Below are positions 20,160 through 29,902 of a stretch of DNA of 64,000 nt, piece by piece. This DNA comes from Marinicella sp. (GTDB lineage Bacteria > Pseudomonadota > Gammaproteobacteria > Xanthomonadales > Marinicellaceae). The stretch lies in NCBI GenBank assembly GCA_965230295.1, contig OZ246001.1, positions 2,784,001-2,848,000 on the forward strand, read 5' to 3'. A program made the position numbers and the translations under genes. Numbering within the stretch: the first letter of the stretch is position 1; every line of letters begins with the position of its first letter. The notes below the pieces were generated by a model, which searched no databases, was not told where the DNA came from, and saw only the letters and a list, made by a program, of their open reading frames with translations.

Positions 20160-20609
20160 TCAACGGATATTTTCAGCATCTTGTGCATTGATAAACAAAG
20201 CAAATAGTTTAATGAAAAACGCGGTACTAACACCGAATAAAATCAATCCTCCAATGGCCTCAAACCCACTGAGTAATTGGTAAGGTTCAGATAAAGTGAT
20301 GTCGCCATAACCCAGTGTAGTGGCTGTGATTGTAGAAAAATAGACGGCTTGACTGAATTCTTCGAATTCGCCAACGCGTATATAGGTCAGTGCCCAGACG
20401 ATAATTTCTATGGTATGGATTAAAATCACATACATCACAGCTACTATCAATAATATTATTTTCTTAAAAAAATCAAATGAGCTTGAAATGCCTTCAATCA
20501 CTGTACTTAAAATCGATAAAATTTTGGTCAGTAATAGCAAAGCCACGACATGAAAAACCACACAAGAAGTGATCAGTAACGAACCGGTTAAGTATTGATT
20601 TGAAAACAT
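20160..20609 (-). CDS. Small potassium-channel-family (Ion_trans_2) membrane protein
   Basis: Pore motif YFSTITATTLGYGDI flanked by TM helices. AT-rich gene. Confidence 0.8.
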   Translation of the reverse strand: MFSNQYLTGSLLITSCVVFHVVALLLLTKILSILSTVIEGISSSFDFFKKIILLIVAVMYVILIHTIEIIVWALTYIRVGEFEEFSQAVYFSTITATTLGYGDITLSEPYQLLSGFEAIGGLILFGVSTAFFIKLFALFINAQDAENIR

Positions 20610-20744
20610 ATCATAGTTTTGTAAATGGTTCCGGGGTGTATAAATTCATTGATGAAAATGACAATCAATTAGATCCATTATGCCATAGAAACCAAGTGGA
20701 TTTTAGTTATAATAATTAGCTAATAATCATCAGATGGCGTTCCT

Positions 20745-23102
20745 ATGAAAATAATAATTACCCTGGTGGTGATCTTGGCCTGTTCACTACAAACCAGCCA
20801 TGCCAAACAAAACTATGACATAGGTTTTATGGTGGACAACCGGTCCAGTGAAACCGATGTGTTGTTGCAGAAGTTACAAAATGAGATCATTGCAGTGGTG
20901 GGCGAAGATGCCAACATCAGGTTTCCTGAACAGCACATGTATGTCAATAATTACCAGTTGGCAGAAGCCCAAAGCCAATACCAACAACTGATCAATTCGA
21001 AAGTTGATATCATCATCGCTTTCGGTGTCATCACCAATGAAGTGGTGAGTAAACAAACCAGTCACCGCAAACCCACTATTTTGTTTGGTGCCATCAATCA
21101 AGATTACAATGATTTGGACATCACCCAAAAAACTTCCGGGATAAAAAATTTCACTTACTTGATTGAGTCAGAGTCATTCAAAGAAGACCTGAGCAAATTG
21201 AAACAGCTGGCCAACTTCAGCAACATTGGTATTGTGGTCGATGCCGGGATTGTCCAGTTTTTGCATTTAAAAGAAACCTTTGATCAAGCCTTGGCTGGCT
21301 TGAACTCAGACTACAAAATCATTGCTTATCAGCAGGTGGACGACATTGTTGGCCAATTGAACGACATTGATGCTTTGTACATCGCGGGTGGCTTTTTTCT
21401 GAAACAGGAAGAGGTGCAATACTTGGCGGAGCAATTGATCAATCGGAAAATACCTTCTTTCACCATCAACGGCGTGGGTCAAGTTAAAAACGGTATCATG
21501 GCCAGTCACCAGGCAGAAGGTGACATCGATCAGTTTTTTCGACGCATTGCTTTGACTGTGGATGATTATGTGTCCGGCACACCCATGGCCGACATGCCGG
21601 TGTTTATTGACTACACCTCGCAATTGACCATTAATTACAACACGGCTGAAGCCGTGGGCATTCCCATCAAGTACAGCCTGTTGGCAGAAACTGACTTTGT
21701 TGGTGAGTTTTATAACATTTTATCCCAGTCAAATTACAACCTGATACAGGTGATTGAGCAGGTTTTGGATAAAAATTTAGGTTTGGAAGCTGCACAGATA
21801 GACATTGATTTGGCTGAACAAAATTTAAAAACCTCCAAAAACAATTACAAGCCCAGCATCAGCACCTCACTGACGGGGGCGTATGTGGATCCTGATTTGG
21901 CTGCCATCAGTGGTGGTAACAACCCGGAGTATTCAACCAGTGGCAACATCACCGTTTCACAAACATTGTATTCTTTTGCAGCCAATACCAACATCAACAT
22001 CCAGCAAAGCCTGTTCAACGCCCAAAGGGAACAGCTCAATACCGAACAATTGGACAGTATATTCAGTGCCATCAATGCTTATTTCAATGTCTTGATCCTT
22101 AAAACCAATGCCCAAATCCAATTGTTGAACCTGCGTTTGACCAAAGACAACTTGAAACTGGCCCAACAAAGCTATGAAATTGGTCAGTCCGGGAAATCTG
22201 ACACGCTGCGTTTTCAAAGTGCCAAAGCACAGAACACCCAGGCCATGGTGGAGGCCGCAAACCAGCTTGAACAAGCCTATTTTCAATTGAATCAATTGCT
22301 GAACAACCCGATTGATTTTGAAATAGACATCAAAGACGTGATGTTGGATGAGGGTGTGTTTGAGAATTACAATTACAACTTACTCACAGAAGTTTTGGAT
22401 GACCCGGCACTGCGTAATTCTTTCATTGAGTTCATCATCCACAAAGCCAAACAAAATGCCCCGGAATTAAAAGCACTGCAACACAACATGGCCGCTGTCG
22501 AAGCTGAGATTGCATTGAATGGGAAACGCAGGTTTTTGCCTACAGTGGCCCTACAAGGACAGTACAACAAAACTTTCGATCGCAGTGGCGCTGGCAGTAC
22601 GCCACCACCAGGTACTTCATTTTTAGATGACAATTACAATGTCGGTGTTTCAGTATCGGTGCCATTATTCAGTCGCAACCAATTCAATACAGATTTACAC
22701 ACGGCCATACTGCGCCGGGATCAATTGGACATCAATAAACTCAATACCGAACAAAACATCGATACCAACATCCGCTCTGGTGTGTTGCGCTTGGTCAATG
22801 AGATGTCAAACATCCAACTGTCCGAAGTTTCAGAGCAGGCGGCCAAAGAATCACTGGAACTGACCCAAACATCCTATAACAATGGCGCGGTCAACATTGT
22901 GCAATTGATTGATGCACAAAATAACTACATCAATTCTCAGTTGGCCAAAGCCAATGCGATTTATAATTTTCTGTTGAATGCCTTACAACTTGAACGTTCT
23001 ATGGGCTATTTCTTTTTCTTGAACAGTCAGGCAGATAATGATGCATTCAAAGCAGAATTCTTTCAATATATTAACCGACCCAAGTCGGCTCAAGGGGAGT
23101 GA
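20745..23102 (+). CDS. TolC-family outer membrane factor fused to an N-terminal ABC-type substrate-binding domain
   Basis: Signal peptide. The N-terminal ~325 aa end in LTINYNTAEAVGIPIKYSLLAETD (ABC_sub_bind-like). The C-terminal part has two OEP repeats (KNLGLEAAQ...PSISTS; FLPTVALQGQY...VGVSVSVPLF...SYNNGAVNIVQLIDAQ). Confidence 0.78.
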   Translation: MKIIITLVVILACSLQTSHAKQNYDIGFMVDNRSSETDVLLQKLQNEIIAVVGEDANIRFPEQHMYVNNYQLAEAQSQYQQLINSKVDIIIAFGVITNEVVSKQTSHRKPTILFGAINQDYNDLDITQKTSGIKNFTYLIESESFKEDLSKLKQLANFSNIGIVVDAGIVQFLHLKETFDQALAGLNSDYKIIAYQQVDDIVGQLNDIDALYIAGGFFLKQEEVQYLAEQLINRKIPSFTINGVGQVKNGIMASHQAEGDIDQFFRRIALTVDDYVSGTPMADMPVFIDYTSQLTINYNTAEAVGIPIKYSLLAETDFVGEFYNILSQSNYNLIQVIEQVLDKNLGLEAAQIDIDLAEQNLKTSKNNYKPSISTSLTGAYVDPDLAAISGGNNPEYSTSGNITVSQTLYSFAANTNINIQQSLFNAQREQLNTEQLDSIFSAINAYFNVLILKTNAQIQLLNLRLTKDNLKLAQQSYEIGQSGKSDTLRFQSAKAQNTQAMVEAANQLEQAYFQLNQLLNNPIDFEIDIKDVMLDEGVFENYNYNLLTEVLDDPALRNSFIEFIIHKAKQNAPELKALQHNMAAVEAEIALNGKRRFLPTVALQGQYNKTFDRSGAGSTPPPGTSFLDDNYNVGVSVSVPLFSRNQFNTDLHTAILRRDQLDINKLNTEQNIDTNIRSGVLRLVNEMSNIQLSEVSEQAAKESLELTQTSYNNGAVNIVQLIDAQNNYINSQLAKANAIYNFLLNALQLERSMGYFFFLNSQADNDAFKAEFFQYINRPKSAQGE

Positions 23103-23109
23103 TTAAACC

Positions 23110-24216
23110 ATGAAATTTGCATTTACAATTGTATTGATTTTGACTTTTACCATGGTGTTGGTGGCATGTGGGGAACAGGCGGTGGTGGAAGAAAAGGTGG
23201 TCAGACCGGTGCTTTATCAACAAGTGGCCTTTGCGGGTAGTGACCGGGAACGAACCATCAGTGGTACGTCTCAATCTGATCAGGTGATTAAACTCAGTTT
23301 CAGAAGCAACGGCATATTGTCTGAGTTGAACATGAAATTGGGCCAAAAAGTAACCGCGGGTGAATTGTTGGCCAAGTTAGACAATATTCAGGCTCAATTG
23401 AATTATGAAAACTCAATTTCAGCCAAGAATGCTTCCGAATCCAGGATGAAAACCGCCAAGTTAAACCTGGACCGCATCAAAGCCTTGTATGAAAAAGGTG
23501 GCTCTTCATTGAGCGATCTTGAAGCCGCCAAAGACGTGTACCGCACATCCCAACAAGACTATGATTCTTCCTTGCGCAATGTGGACATCCAAAAAGACCA
23601 AATCAATTATGGTTATTTATACGCTTCAGCCGATGGTGAAGTGGCTTCTGTCAGTGTTGAGTTGAATGAAAATGTCAGTGCAGGCCAAGTGGTGGGGACC
23701 TTGAATTCCGGTACCATGATGGACATTGCCCTGGGTGTACCAGAAAGCTTTATCAATGAAATCAAAACCGATATGGCTGTGGAAGTGAGCTTTGTTTCAA
23801 TTGAAAATCAAACGTTCAATGGTGTGGTCAAGGAAGTATCGCCATCCATTGACAACAACACCGCGACTTATCCGGTGGTGGTCAACGTCCTGAATCCCAG
23901 CCCGGAAATCAGATCCGGCATGGCTGCCAATGTCCGTTTTAACTATGGTCATGCAGGTGCAGTGACTGAAACTCAAGACTACACTTTAATGGTGCCTGCC
24001 AAGGCCGTGGGTGAAGATTCCAATGGGCGTTTTGTGTTTGTGTTGATGAATGAAGGTGAATCTACTGTAGCACGGAAAAAAACCATCACCATTGGCGAGT
24101 TGACGTCTGAAGGTTTTGAAGTGTTGTCTGGTTTGACCGATGGTCAATTGATCGCTACTGCGGGTTTACAAACCTTGTTGGATGGTCAGGAAGTTTCGTT
24201 GAAGGCCAGCAAATAA
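23110..24216 (+). CDS. RND efflux periplasmic adaptor (MFP) lipoprotein
   Basis: Lipobox LVAC, VRPV, lipoyl-like LSFRSNG...GQKVTAGELLAKLD, LYASADGEV, and GLTDGQLIATAG. Confidence 0.92.
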   Translation: MKFAFTIVLILTFTMVLVACGEQAVVEEKVVRPVLYQQVAFAGSDRERTISGTSQSDQVIKLSFRSNGILSELNMKLGQKVTAGELLAKLDNIQAQLNYENSISAKNASESRMKTAKLNLDRIKALYEKGGSSLSDLEAAKDVYRTSQQDYDSSLRNVDIQKDQINYGYLYASADGEVASVSVELNENVSAGQVVGTLNSGTMMDIALGVPESFINEIKTDMAVEVSFVSIENQTFNGVVKEVSPSIDNNTATYPVVVNVLNPSPEIRSGMAANVRFNYGHAGAVTETQDYTLMVPAKAVGEDSNGRFVFVLMNEGESTVARKKTITIGELTSEGFEVLSGLTDGQLIATAGLQTLLDGQEVSLKASK

Positions 24217-24218
24217 CC

Positions 24219-27200
24219 ATGAACATTGCAAAACTGTCGATAGAAAAAAACCGCATCACTTTGATGATTCTGTTCAGCATCATTCTGATGGGAATGGCCA
24301 TATATTCAACGTTGTCTCGAGACAGCATGCCGCCTTTTACCATCAGGGTGGCTTCTGTCGTTTCTGAGTTTCCCGGAGCCAGTCCGGAACGTGTGGAACA
24401 ATTGGTGACGGATAAAATAGAACAAGTGGCGCAAGAGTTGCCTGAGTTGAAAGAGGTGTCCAGTACTTCCAGAACAGGTTTGTCAGTGGTTTCAGTAACC
24501 CTCAAAGACGAAGTTGATGCCAAAGATTTACAGCCTGTTTGGGATCGTTTGCGCAGAAAATTGGAAAACATCAATGGGTTGCCTGAAGGGGTGGTGCCTG
24601 ATTTGAATGACGATGGAATTGGCGATGTCTATGGCATCGTGGTTGGATTAACATCTGACGGTTTCAGTTATGCCCAAATGAAGGAATATGCGGATGACAT
24701 CAGAGACGATTTGATCAAAATACCAGAAGCCGCCAAAGTCGCCTTGGGCGGCTTGCAAGAAGAGCGGGTTTTTGTTGAGTTCAACAATGCCAAGCTCAAT
24801 GAATATGGTTTAACGGCCAACATGTTGAAGAATTTCATTTCCGCCACCAACATTGTCAGTTCAGGTGGACAGATCAATCTGGGAGAAGAGCGGGTGATTC
24901 TGGAACCCACGGGTAATTTTAACGATGTGGCTGACATCAAAAGCATGCTGATTCCGGTAGGATCCGGAGGCACACAACTGATTCAATTGGGTGACATTGC
25001 CCAGGTGACCCAATCTTATATCGATCCACCGGTACAAATCGTTTCCTTCAACGGACAGCGTGCGGTTTCGTTACACATCAACCTCAAAGCAGATGCCAAT
25101 GTGATAGATCTCGGGGTGAAGGTGGATGAGGCAATTAGACAATGGCAACATCATTTGCCTGTTGGGCTTGAGTTGTCCAGGGTCTCTTCGATGGATCATT
25201 ACATAGAAGTCAAAATTGATGACTTTGTGGTCAACCTGATGCAGGCCATTTCCATTGTTTTGTTGGTGATGTTGGTGTTCTTAGGCATCAGAACCGGTAT
25301 GATCATTGCCAGTTTGATCCCGATTGTAACCATCATGACATTGATGATCATGGGCATGATGAACATTGGTTTGAACCAAGTCACCTTGGCAGCTTTGATC
25401 ATGGCATTGGGGATGTTGGTGGACAATGCCATTGTGGTGGCTGAAACCATCATGGTAAAAATGGAAAATGGCATGAAAGCCAAGCAGGCAGCACAAGAAG
25501 CGGCGTCTGAGCTGTTCATGCCTTTGTTGATCTCAACATTAACCACATCCGCTGCGTTTTTAGCTTTTTACATGTCTCCAACCACCATGGGCGACATTGT
25601 GGGCCCGATATTTGTGGTCATCAGTATCGCGTTGTTGTCATCATGGATCATTGCTTTGACTGTCATCACTTTATTCTGTTACCTGTTCCTGAAGATAGAA
25701 GTGAACAGCCCACAACTGAGTGTGGTTGATCGAATCATTTTGCGCCTTAAGGGCATCTACAAATCTTTTATTTTGGTTGCGTTGAACAACAGAATTAAAG
25801 TGATCGTGGTGGTATTTGTGTTGTTTGTGGGTGCATTGACGGGATTCCGATACATTGAATTTTTATTCTTTCCAGACAGTGACCGCAACATGATTACAGT
25901 CGATGTGAATTTACCTGCGGGTACTCAAATTGAAAGTACCTCAGCTGTGGTCTATGACATTGAAAATTTCATCAAACAAGAACTTGTGGTGAACGAATCA
26001 CGCCCGGAGGGTATCGTGGATTGGTCGTCATACATCGGTAAAGGTCCGGAATCCTATGATTTGGGCTATTCCCAGGAAGAAGCCGACTCCAGTTATGCAC
26101 ACATCTTAATCAACACCTCATCGTTCACGGTCAACAACGACATGATTGCAGCGATTGATCAATTCAGCTTCGCCCAATTCCCCAATGCCGATGTGAAAGT
26201 GGGGGTTTTGGCCGGTGGCGGGGGTGGGCTGCCCATTGAAATCAAAGTTTCAGGTGAAGACCCTGATCAATTGGCGATCATTGCAGAGCAAATCAAATTG
26301 AAATTATCTGCCGTTTCCGGAACCAAAAATGTCAAAGATGATTGGGGACCAAAGAGCAAAAAGTTTTTGATTGATATCGACCAAAACCGTGCCCAAGCCG
26401 CAGGTGTCACCAGTCAGGACATTGCGACCTCGTTAAAAACCGTTTTGGATGGTTTCAAAACCGGTGAATACCGTGAGGATAACAAAACGATACCCATCAT
26501 CATGCGCTCTGATGTCAATCAACAGCAAAGCCTTTCATCACTGGAAACGCTGAATGTCTATGCCCAATCATCCGGGCGCAGTGTGCCGCTGTTACAGGTG
26601 GCAAGCATCATCCCACAATGGCAGTACTCAAAAATAAAGCGGCTTGACCTGGAACGGACCATCAACATCACCAGTAAACTCAGTGCCACGGGCAATGCCT
26701 CAGCCATCACTGCTGTGATGAAACCTTGGTTAGAAGAACAGCAATCCCAAGTTTGGCCGGCAGGGTATGCTTTTAAGTTTGGTGGTGATGCTGAACAAAC
26801 CGCTGAAAGCATGGGGTCTGTGATCAGTTACTTGCCCTTGTCAGGTTTCATCATTCTGTTGTTGTTGATGATTCAATTCAACTCTTTTCGACATGTCAGC
26901 ATGGTCTTAATGACCATCCCGTTGGGCTTGATTGGTGTCACTGTGGGTTTGTTGATTTTTGGCGAACCCTTTGGTTTTATGCCTTTCCTTGGGGTCATTT
27001 CTTTGGCTGGCATAGTCATCAACAACGCCATCGTCTTACTGGATCGCATTGGTATTGAACAACACACCTCCGGACGCTTGCCCAATGATGCTGTTGTGGT
27101 GGCATGTTTACAAAGATTTCGTCCCATTTTACTGGCCACATTCACGACTGTATTGGGTTTGATTCCGCTTTACTTGAGTGGCGGCGAAATGTGGGAAGGC

Positions 27201-27341
27201 ATGGCTGTTAGCATCATGGTTGGACTGTTGTTCGGTACTATGATTACGCTGATATTTATTCCAGTGCTGTACAGTCTGATGTATCGCGTGAACTTCAAAG
27301 GTTATGTGTTCAATGAACAATTGTTGAGTGACAACGACTGA
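24219..27341 (+). CDS. RND efflux permease (AcrB/AcrD/AcrF family)
   Basis: 1040 aa. FPGASPERVEQLVT, GMLVDNAIVV, GIVINNAIVL, RFRPILLAT, two large periplasmic loops. Confidence 0.95.
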   Translation: MNIAKLSIEKNRITLMILFSIILMGMAIYSTLSRDSMPPFTIRVASVVSEFPGASPERVEQLVTDKIEQVAQELPELKEVSSTSRTGLSVVSVTLKDEVDAKDLQPVWDRLRRKLENINGLPEGVVPDLNDDGIGDVYGIVVGLTSDGFSYAQMKEYADDIRDDLIKIPEAAKVALGGLQEERVFVEFNNAKLNEYGLTANMLKNFISATNIVSSGGQINLGEERVILEPTGNFNDVADIKSMLIPVGSGGTQLIQLGDIAQVTQSYIDPPVQIVSFNGQRAVSLHINLKADANVIDLGVKVDEAIRQWQHHLPVGLELSRVSSMDHYIEVKIDDFVVNLMQAISIVLLVMLVFLGIRTGMIIASLIPIVTIMTLMIMGMMNIGLNQVTLAALIMALGMLVDNAIVVAETIMVKMENGMKAKQAAQEAASELFMPLLISTLTTSAAFLAFYMSPTTMGDIVGPIFVVISIALLSSWIIALTVITLFCYLFLKIEVNSPQLSVVDRIILRLKGIYKSFILVALNNRIKVIVVVFVLFVGALTGFRYIEFLFFPDSDRNMITVDVNLPAGTQIESTSAVVYDIENFIKQELVVNESRPEGIVDWSSYIGKGPESYDLGYSQEEADSSYAHILINTSSFTVNNDMIAAIDQFSFAQFPNADVKVGVLAGGGGGLPIEIKVSGEDPDQLAIIAEQIKLKLSAVSGTKNVKDDWGPKSKKFLIDIDQNRAQAAGVTSQDIATSLKTVLDGFKTGEYREDNKTIPIIMRSDVNQQQSLSSLETLNVYAQSSGRSVPLLQVASIIPQWQYSKIKRLDLERTINITSKLSATGNASAITAVMKPWLEEQQSQVWPAGYAFKFGGDAEQTAESMGSVISYLPLSGFIILLLLMIQFNSFRHVSMVLMTIPLGLIGVTVGLLIFGEPFGFMPFLGVISLAGIVINNAIVLLDRIGIEQHTSGRLPNDAVVVACLQRFRPILLATFTTVLGLIPLYLSGGEMWEGMAVSIMVGLLFGTMITLIFIPVLYSLMYRVNFKGYVFNEQLLSDND

Positions 27342-27353
27342 TCATCAGTTATT

Positions 27354-27806
27354 TTAACGATCCCGATTTGCACCAGGATCCGGTTTTTTGACTGATTTTT
27401 TATCAAACACAATCGATAAGATGATCACCAACAACATCACCAAATGAACGGCCACAATGCTGAAAACTGTGATGTCTGCTGAATTGCGTTGGTGCAAACT
27501 GACAATGTGATCAATGACCACATTGCCCTGACAGCAAGCTTCGTTTTTGATGGCATTGATTTGTTGGTAGATGCTGCCCAGGAATGTGGCCTGGGCTTTC
27601 ATCATGTAGTAATTGATCAAGGCAAACCCTGCATAGACCACGATGGCCCCGGATTTTTCTTTTTTGGACAACGGTCTGTCGACATAAATGATGCCACCAA
27701 TCAAAGCCAAATGAACGCTGATGAATAAGGCCCAATGCGTGTCAATGCGGTTGCTTAATGACAGTGCCAAGTCCAGTAATTCATAGGGACTCATGGGTTT
27801 AATCAT
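27354..27806 (-). CDS. Hypothetical membrane protein (3 TM)
   Basis: 150-aa ORF with three hydrophobic segments. No recognisable family. Confidence 0.6.
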   Translation of the reverse strand: MIKPMSPYELLDLALSLSNRIDTHWALFISVHLALIGGIIYVDRPLSKKEKSGAIVVYAGFALINYYMMKAQATFLGSIYQQINAIKNEACCQGNVVIDHIVSLHQRNSADITVFSIVAVHLVMLLVIILSIVFDKKSVKKPDPGANRDR

Positions 27807-27827
27807 CGGCTTTCTCTGACGCAGTCA

Positions 27828-28562
27828 TTACCGGCGACCTTTTCTTTCCCTGCGTTCGCGTTGATCATCACGACGTTCCCTGCGATCTTCTCGACGTTCC
27901 CTCTTGTCTTCAGACAATTCTTGTTGGCTGGCTCGGATGTCTGCTTCCATCAACGCTGCAAACTCATTGATGAGTTGGTGATTGATGCGGTTCGCAGCCC
28001 CTTTCTTTTTGAAATCAAACTTGGCTTTTTGGATTTTTTCATGGATGGTCTTTTGCCTCTCGAAACGTACGACGTATTGCTGCAGATCTCTGGCATCATC
28101 GCTCAAATCACGAACATCATCCCTGCGGTCATAACGGTCTCGGTTCATGTCCCGGCGGTCATCCTTTCGGTCATGTTGGTTGTTTCGGTTGTCTTGTCTG
28201 TTGCGGCGGATTTCACGGTTATCGGTGCTGATTTCGCGGGCACTTTGCTTCATTTCACGCTTGGCTTGGTCGGCTTTGCTTGAGCTTTGAGCCACTTCCC
28301 TGTACATCAACTTAACCAACTTGTCTTTGATCTTGTTGCATTTCTTGCCTTTTTGATTGTCATAGGCTTTGTTGAATTTTGCCAAATGATTGTTGAAGGT
28401 TTCCAATTCATCTTGATCACGTTTCAGGTTCTTTTGGGTGGTTTTGATTTGCTTGGCGTTTTGCACCCCTTCGCGAACATTTTGTGCAAGTCCGTTAAAA
28501 CTGAGTAATGCCATAACCAAGCCACTCATAAGGAGGGTGTTGAATGATGTTGAGTTGCTCAT
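27828..28562 (-). CDS. Secreted Asp/Arg-rich coiled-coil repeat protein
   Basis: GAGG RBS before MSNSTS, signal peptide ending NGLA-Q, and repeats DRKDDRRDMNRDRYDRRDDVRD and EDKRERREDRRERRDD. Confidence 0.75.
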   Translation of the reverse strand: MSNSTSFNTLLMSGLVMALLSFNGLAQNVREGVQNAKQIKTTQKNLKRDQDELETFNNHLAKFNKAYDNQKGKKCNKIKDKLVKLMYREVAQSSSKADQAKREMKQSAREISTDNREIRRNRQDNRNNQHDRKDDRRDMNRDRYDRRDDVRDLSDDARDLQQYVVRFERQKTIHEKIQKAKFDFKKKGAANRINHQLINEFAALMEADIRASQQELSEDKRERREDRRERRDDQRERRERKGRR

Positions 28563-28658
28563 AAATACCTCTTGAATAATGTTTGTTGTCAATTTCCATC
28601 GCATGAAAGCTTATCATGATGATGACCCTCAGTTTCATAAGCTGCCACGTCGATTGAT

Positions 28659-29399
28659 TCAGTGACTGCTTGAGCTACCTGCTTTGAACTTTTCCATTTG
28701 TTCTTTGATGCCTTCTACTGGGTAGTTCTCACCCGTTGAATAAGCAGCAATTCGACTGAGGTGCGTATAGGGTAAACCGGTTTCTTCATGCCAATTGTTG
28801 AATGCCAGTTGTACTTGAGTTAAATCGCGTTTTGATGTGGGGTGGTCATTGGTTTCGTAACCCGCTTGTTTAACGGCTTGGATGGTGTCATGGGTGGTGG
28901 TGAAACAGTCTTTGCCCACATACCTGAGGAACCAAAAACCGGTATTGCCACCCAGTCTAGATCCATGTTTTTTTAAGTAGGCCATCAATCCAATTTGGTC
29001 TGAGGTCGGCCAATCTGCAATGAATCGGGCGAAACTGTCGTGTTCGTCTGCTGTGTAATTGACAAAATTGGCATTGTGCATCATGGCTTTTATTTTGGCC
29101 CAATTGCGCACCACACGTGTGTCTTGCACATAGGCCTCCCATTCTTCGGGAGGTTTGAATGCCAAACGCTTCACATCAAAACCATGAAAGGCTTCTTCAA
29201 ACTGAGGCCACTTGTTTTCGATCACTGTCCAGTTAAACCCTGCTTGATTGATGGCTTTACACATCATTGCCAGGAACCGGTCATCACCCTTTTGTGCCAA
29301 CTGTTCAGGGCTCAAAACTTTGGGTAACAACGATTTAAGTTTTTTCTCACCGCCTTTTCGTTCGGCAGCCCTGGCATAAATGGTATCGAATTTTTTCAT
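28659..29399 (-). CDS. DNA-3-methyladenine glycosylase I family protein
   Basis: DDRFLA.M...QAGFNWTVIENKWPQFEEAFHGFD...VRNWAKIKA...NA...LKKHGSRLGG.TG..FLR..GKD. Confidence 0.85.
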   Translation of the reverse strand: MKKFDTIYARAAERKGGEKKLKSLLPKVLSPEQLAQKGDDRFLAMMCKAINQAGFNWTVIENKWPQFEEAFHGFDVKRLAFKPPEEWEAYVQDTRVVRNWAKIKAMMHNANFVNYTADEHDSFARFIADWPTSDQIGLMAYLKKHGSRLGGNTGFWFLRYVGKDCFTTTHDTIQAVKQAGYETNDHPTSKRDLTQVQLAFNNWHEETGLPYTHLSRIAAYSTGENYPVEGIKEQMEKFKAGSSSSH

Positions 29400-29440
29400 A
29401 TGAGTTTCATAGTGGTTGTAAAGCGGATAATAATGATATT

Positions 29441-29899
29441 ATGACATACAGAGAAAAGTCTAGGGCCGCATTACTTACTTCAGGAGAACAGACATTGAAA
29501 ACTTGGACTGAAAAATTACAGCAAGAAAAACAACCGATCAAGAAACACATTGATAAGTCATTTGCTGGTATGCCAGCAGGCTGCTTGATGTACATTTCAA
29601 CACCTCAGGAAATCAATGATTTTGTCAACAACATTGAATTTGGGAAAGTGGTTACACCGCCCGAAATGCGTGAAGCACTGGCCCAAACCCATGAAGCCGA
29701 ATACACTTGTCCTGTCACCACCGGAATCTTTTTACGCATTGTTGCAGAAGCAGCCTTTGAAGCTTTGAATAACAACCAGAAAATTGACCAAGTCACGCCG
29801 TTTTGGCGAGCTATAGAAGCCGGTTCGCCGTTGGCCAAGAAATTGACCTGTGGCAATCAATTCATTGTCGATTTACAACAGGCAGAAAAAAAGCCTTGA
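29441..29899 (+). CDS. Putative MGMT/alkyltransferase-like DNA-binding protein
   Basis: IEFGKVVT...TCPVTTGIFLRIVAEAA...TPFWRAI resembles the MGMT C-terminal domain, with PFWR in place of PCHR. Confidence 0.55.
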   Translation: MTYREKSRAALLTSGEQTLKTWTEKLQQEKQPIKKHIDKSFAGMPAGCLMYISTPQEINDFVNNIEFGKVVTPPEMREALAQTHEAEYTCPVTTGIFLRIVAEAAFEALNNNQKIDQVTPFWRAIEAGSPLAKKLTCGNQFIVDLQQAEKKP

Positions 29900-29902
29900 T
29901 CA

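Noticed and set aside
27840-28230. Repetitive DNA that could suggest a CRISPR or tandem repeat
   Set aside because: Degenerate coding repeats of the D/R-rich protein. No identical repeats with unique spacers.
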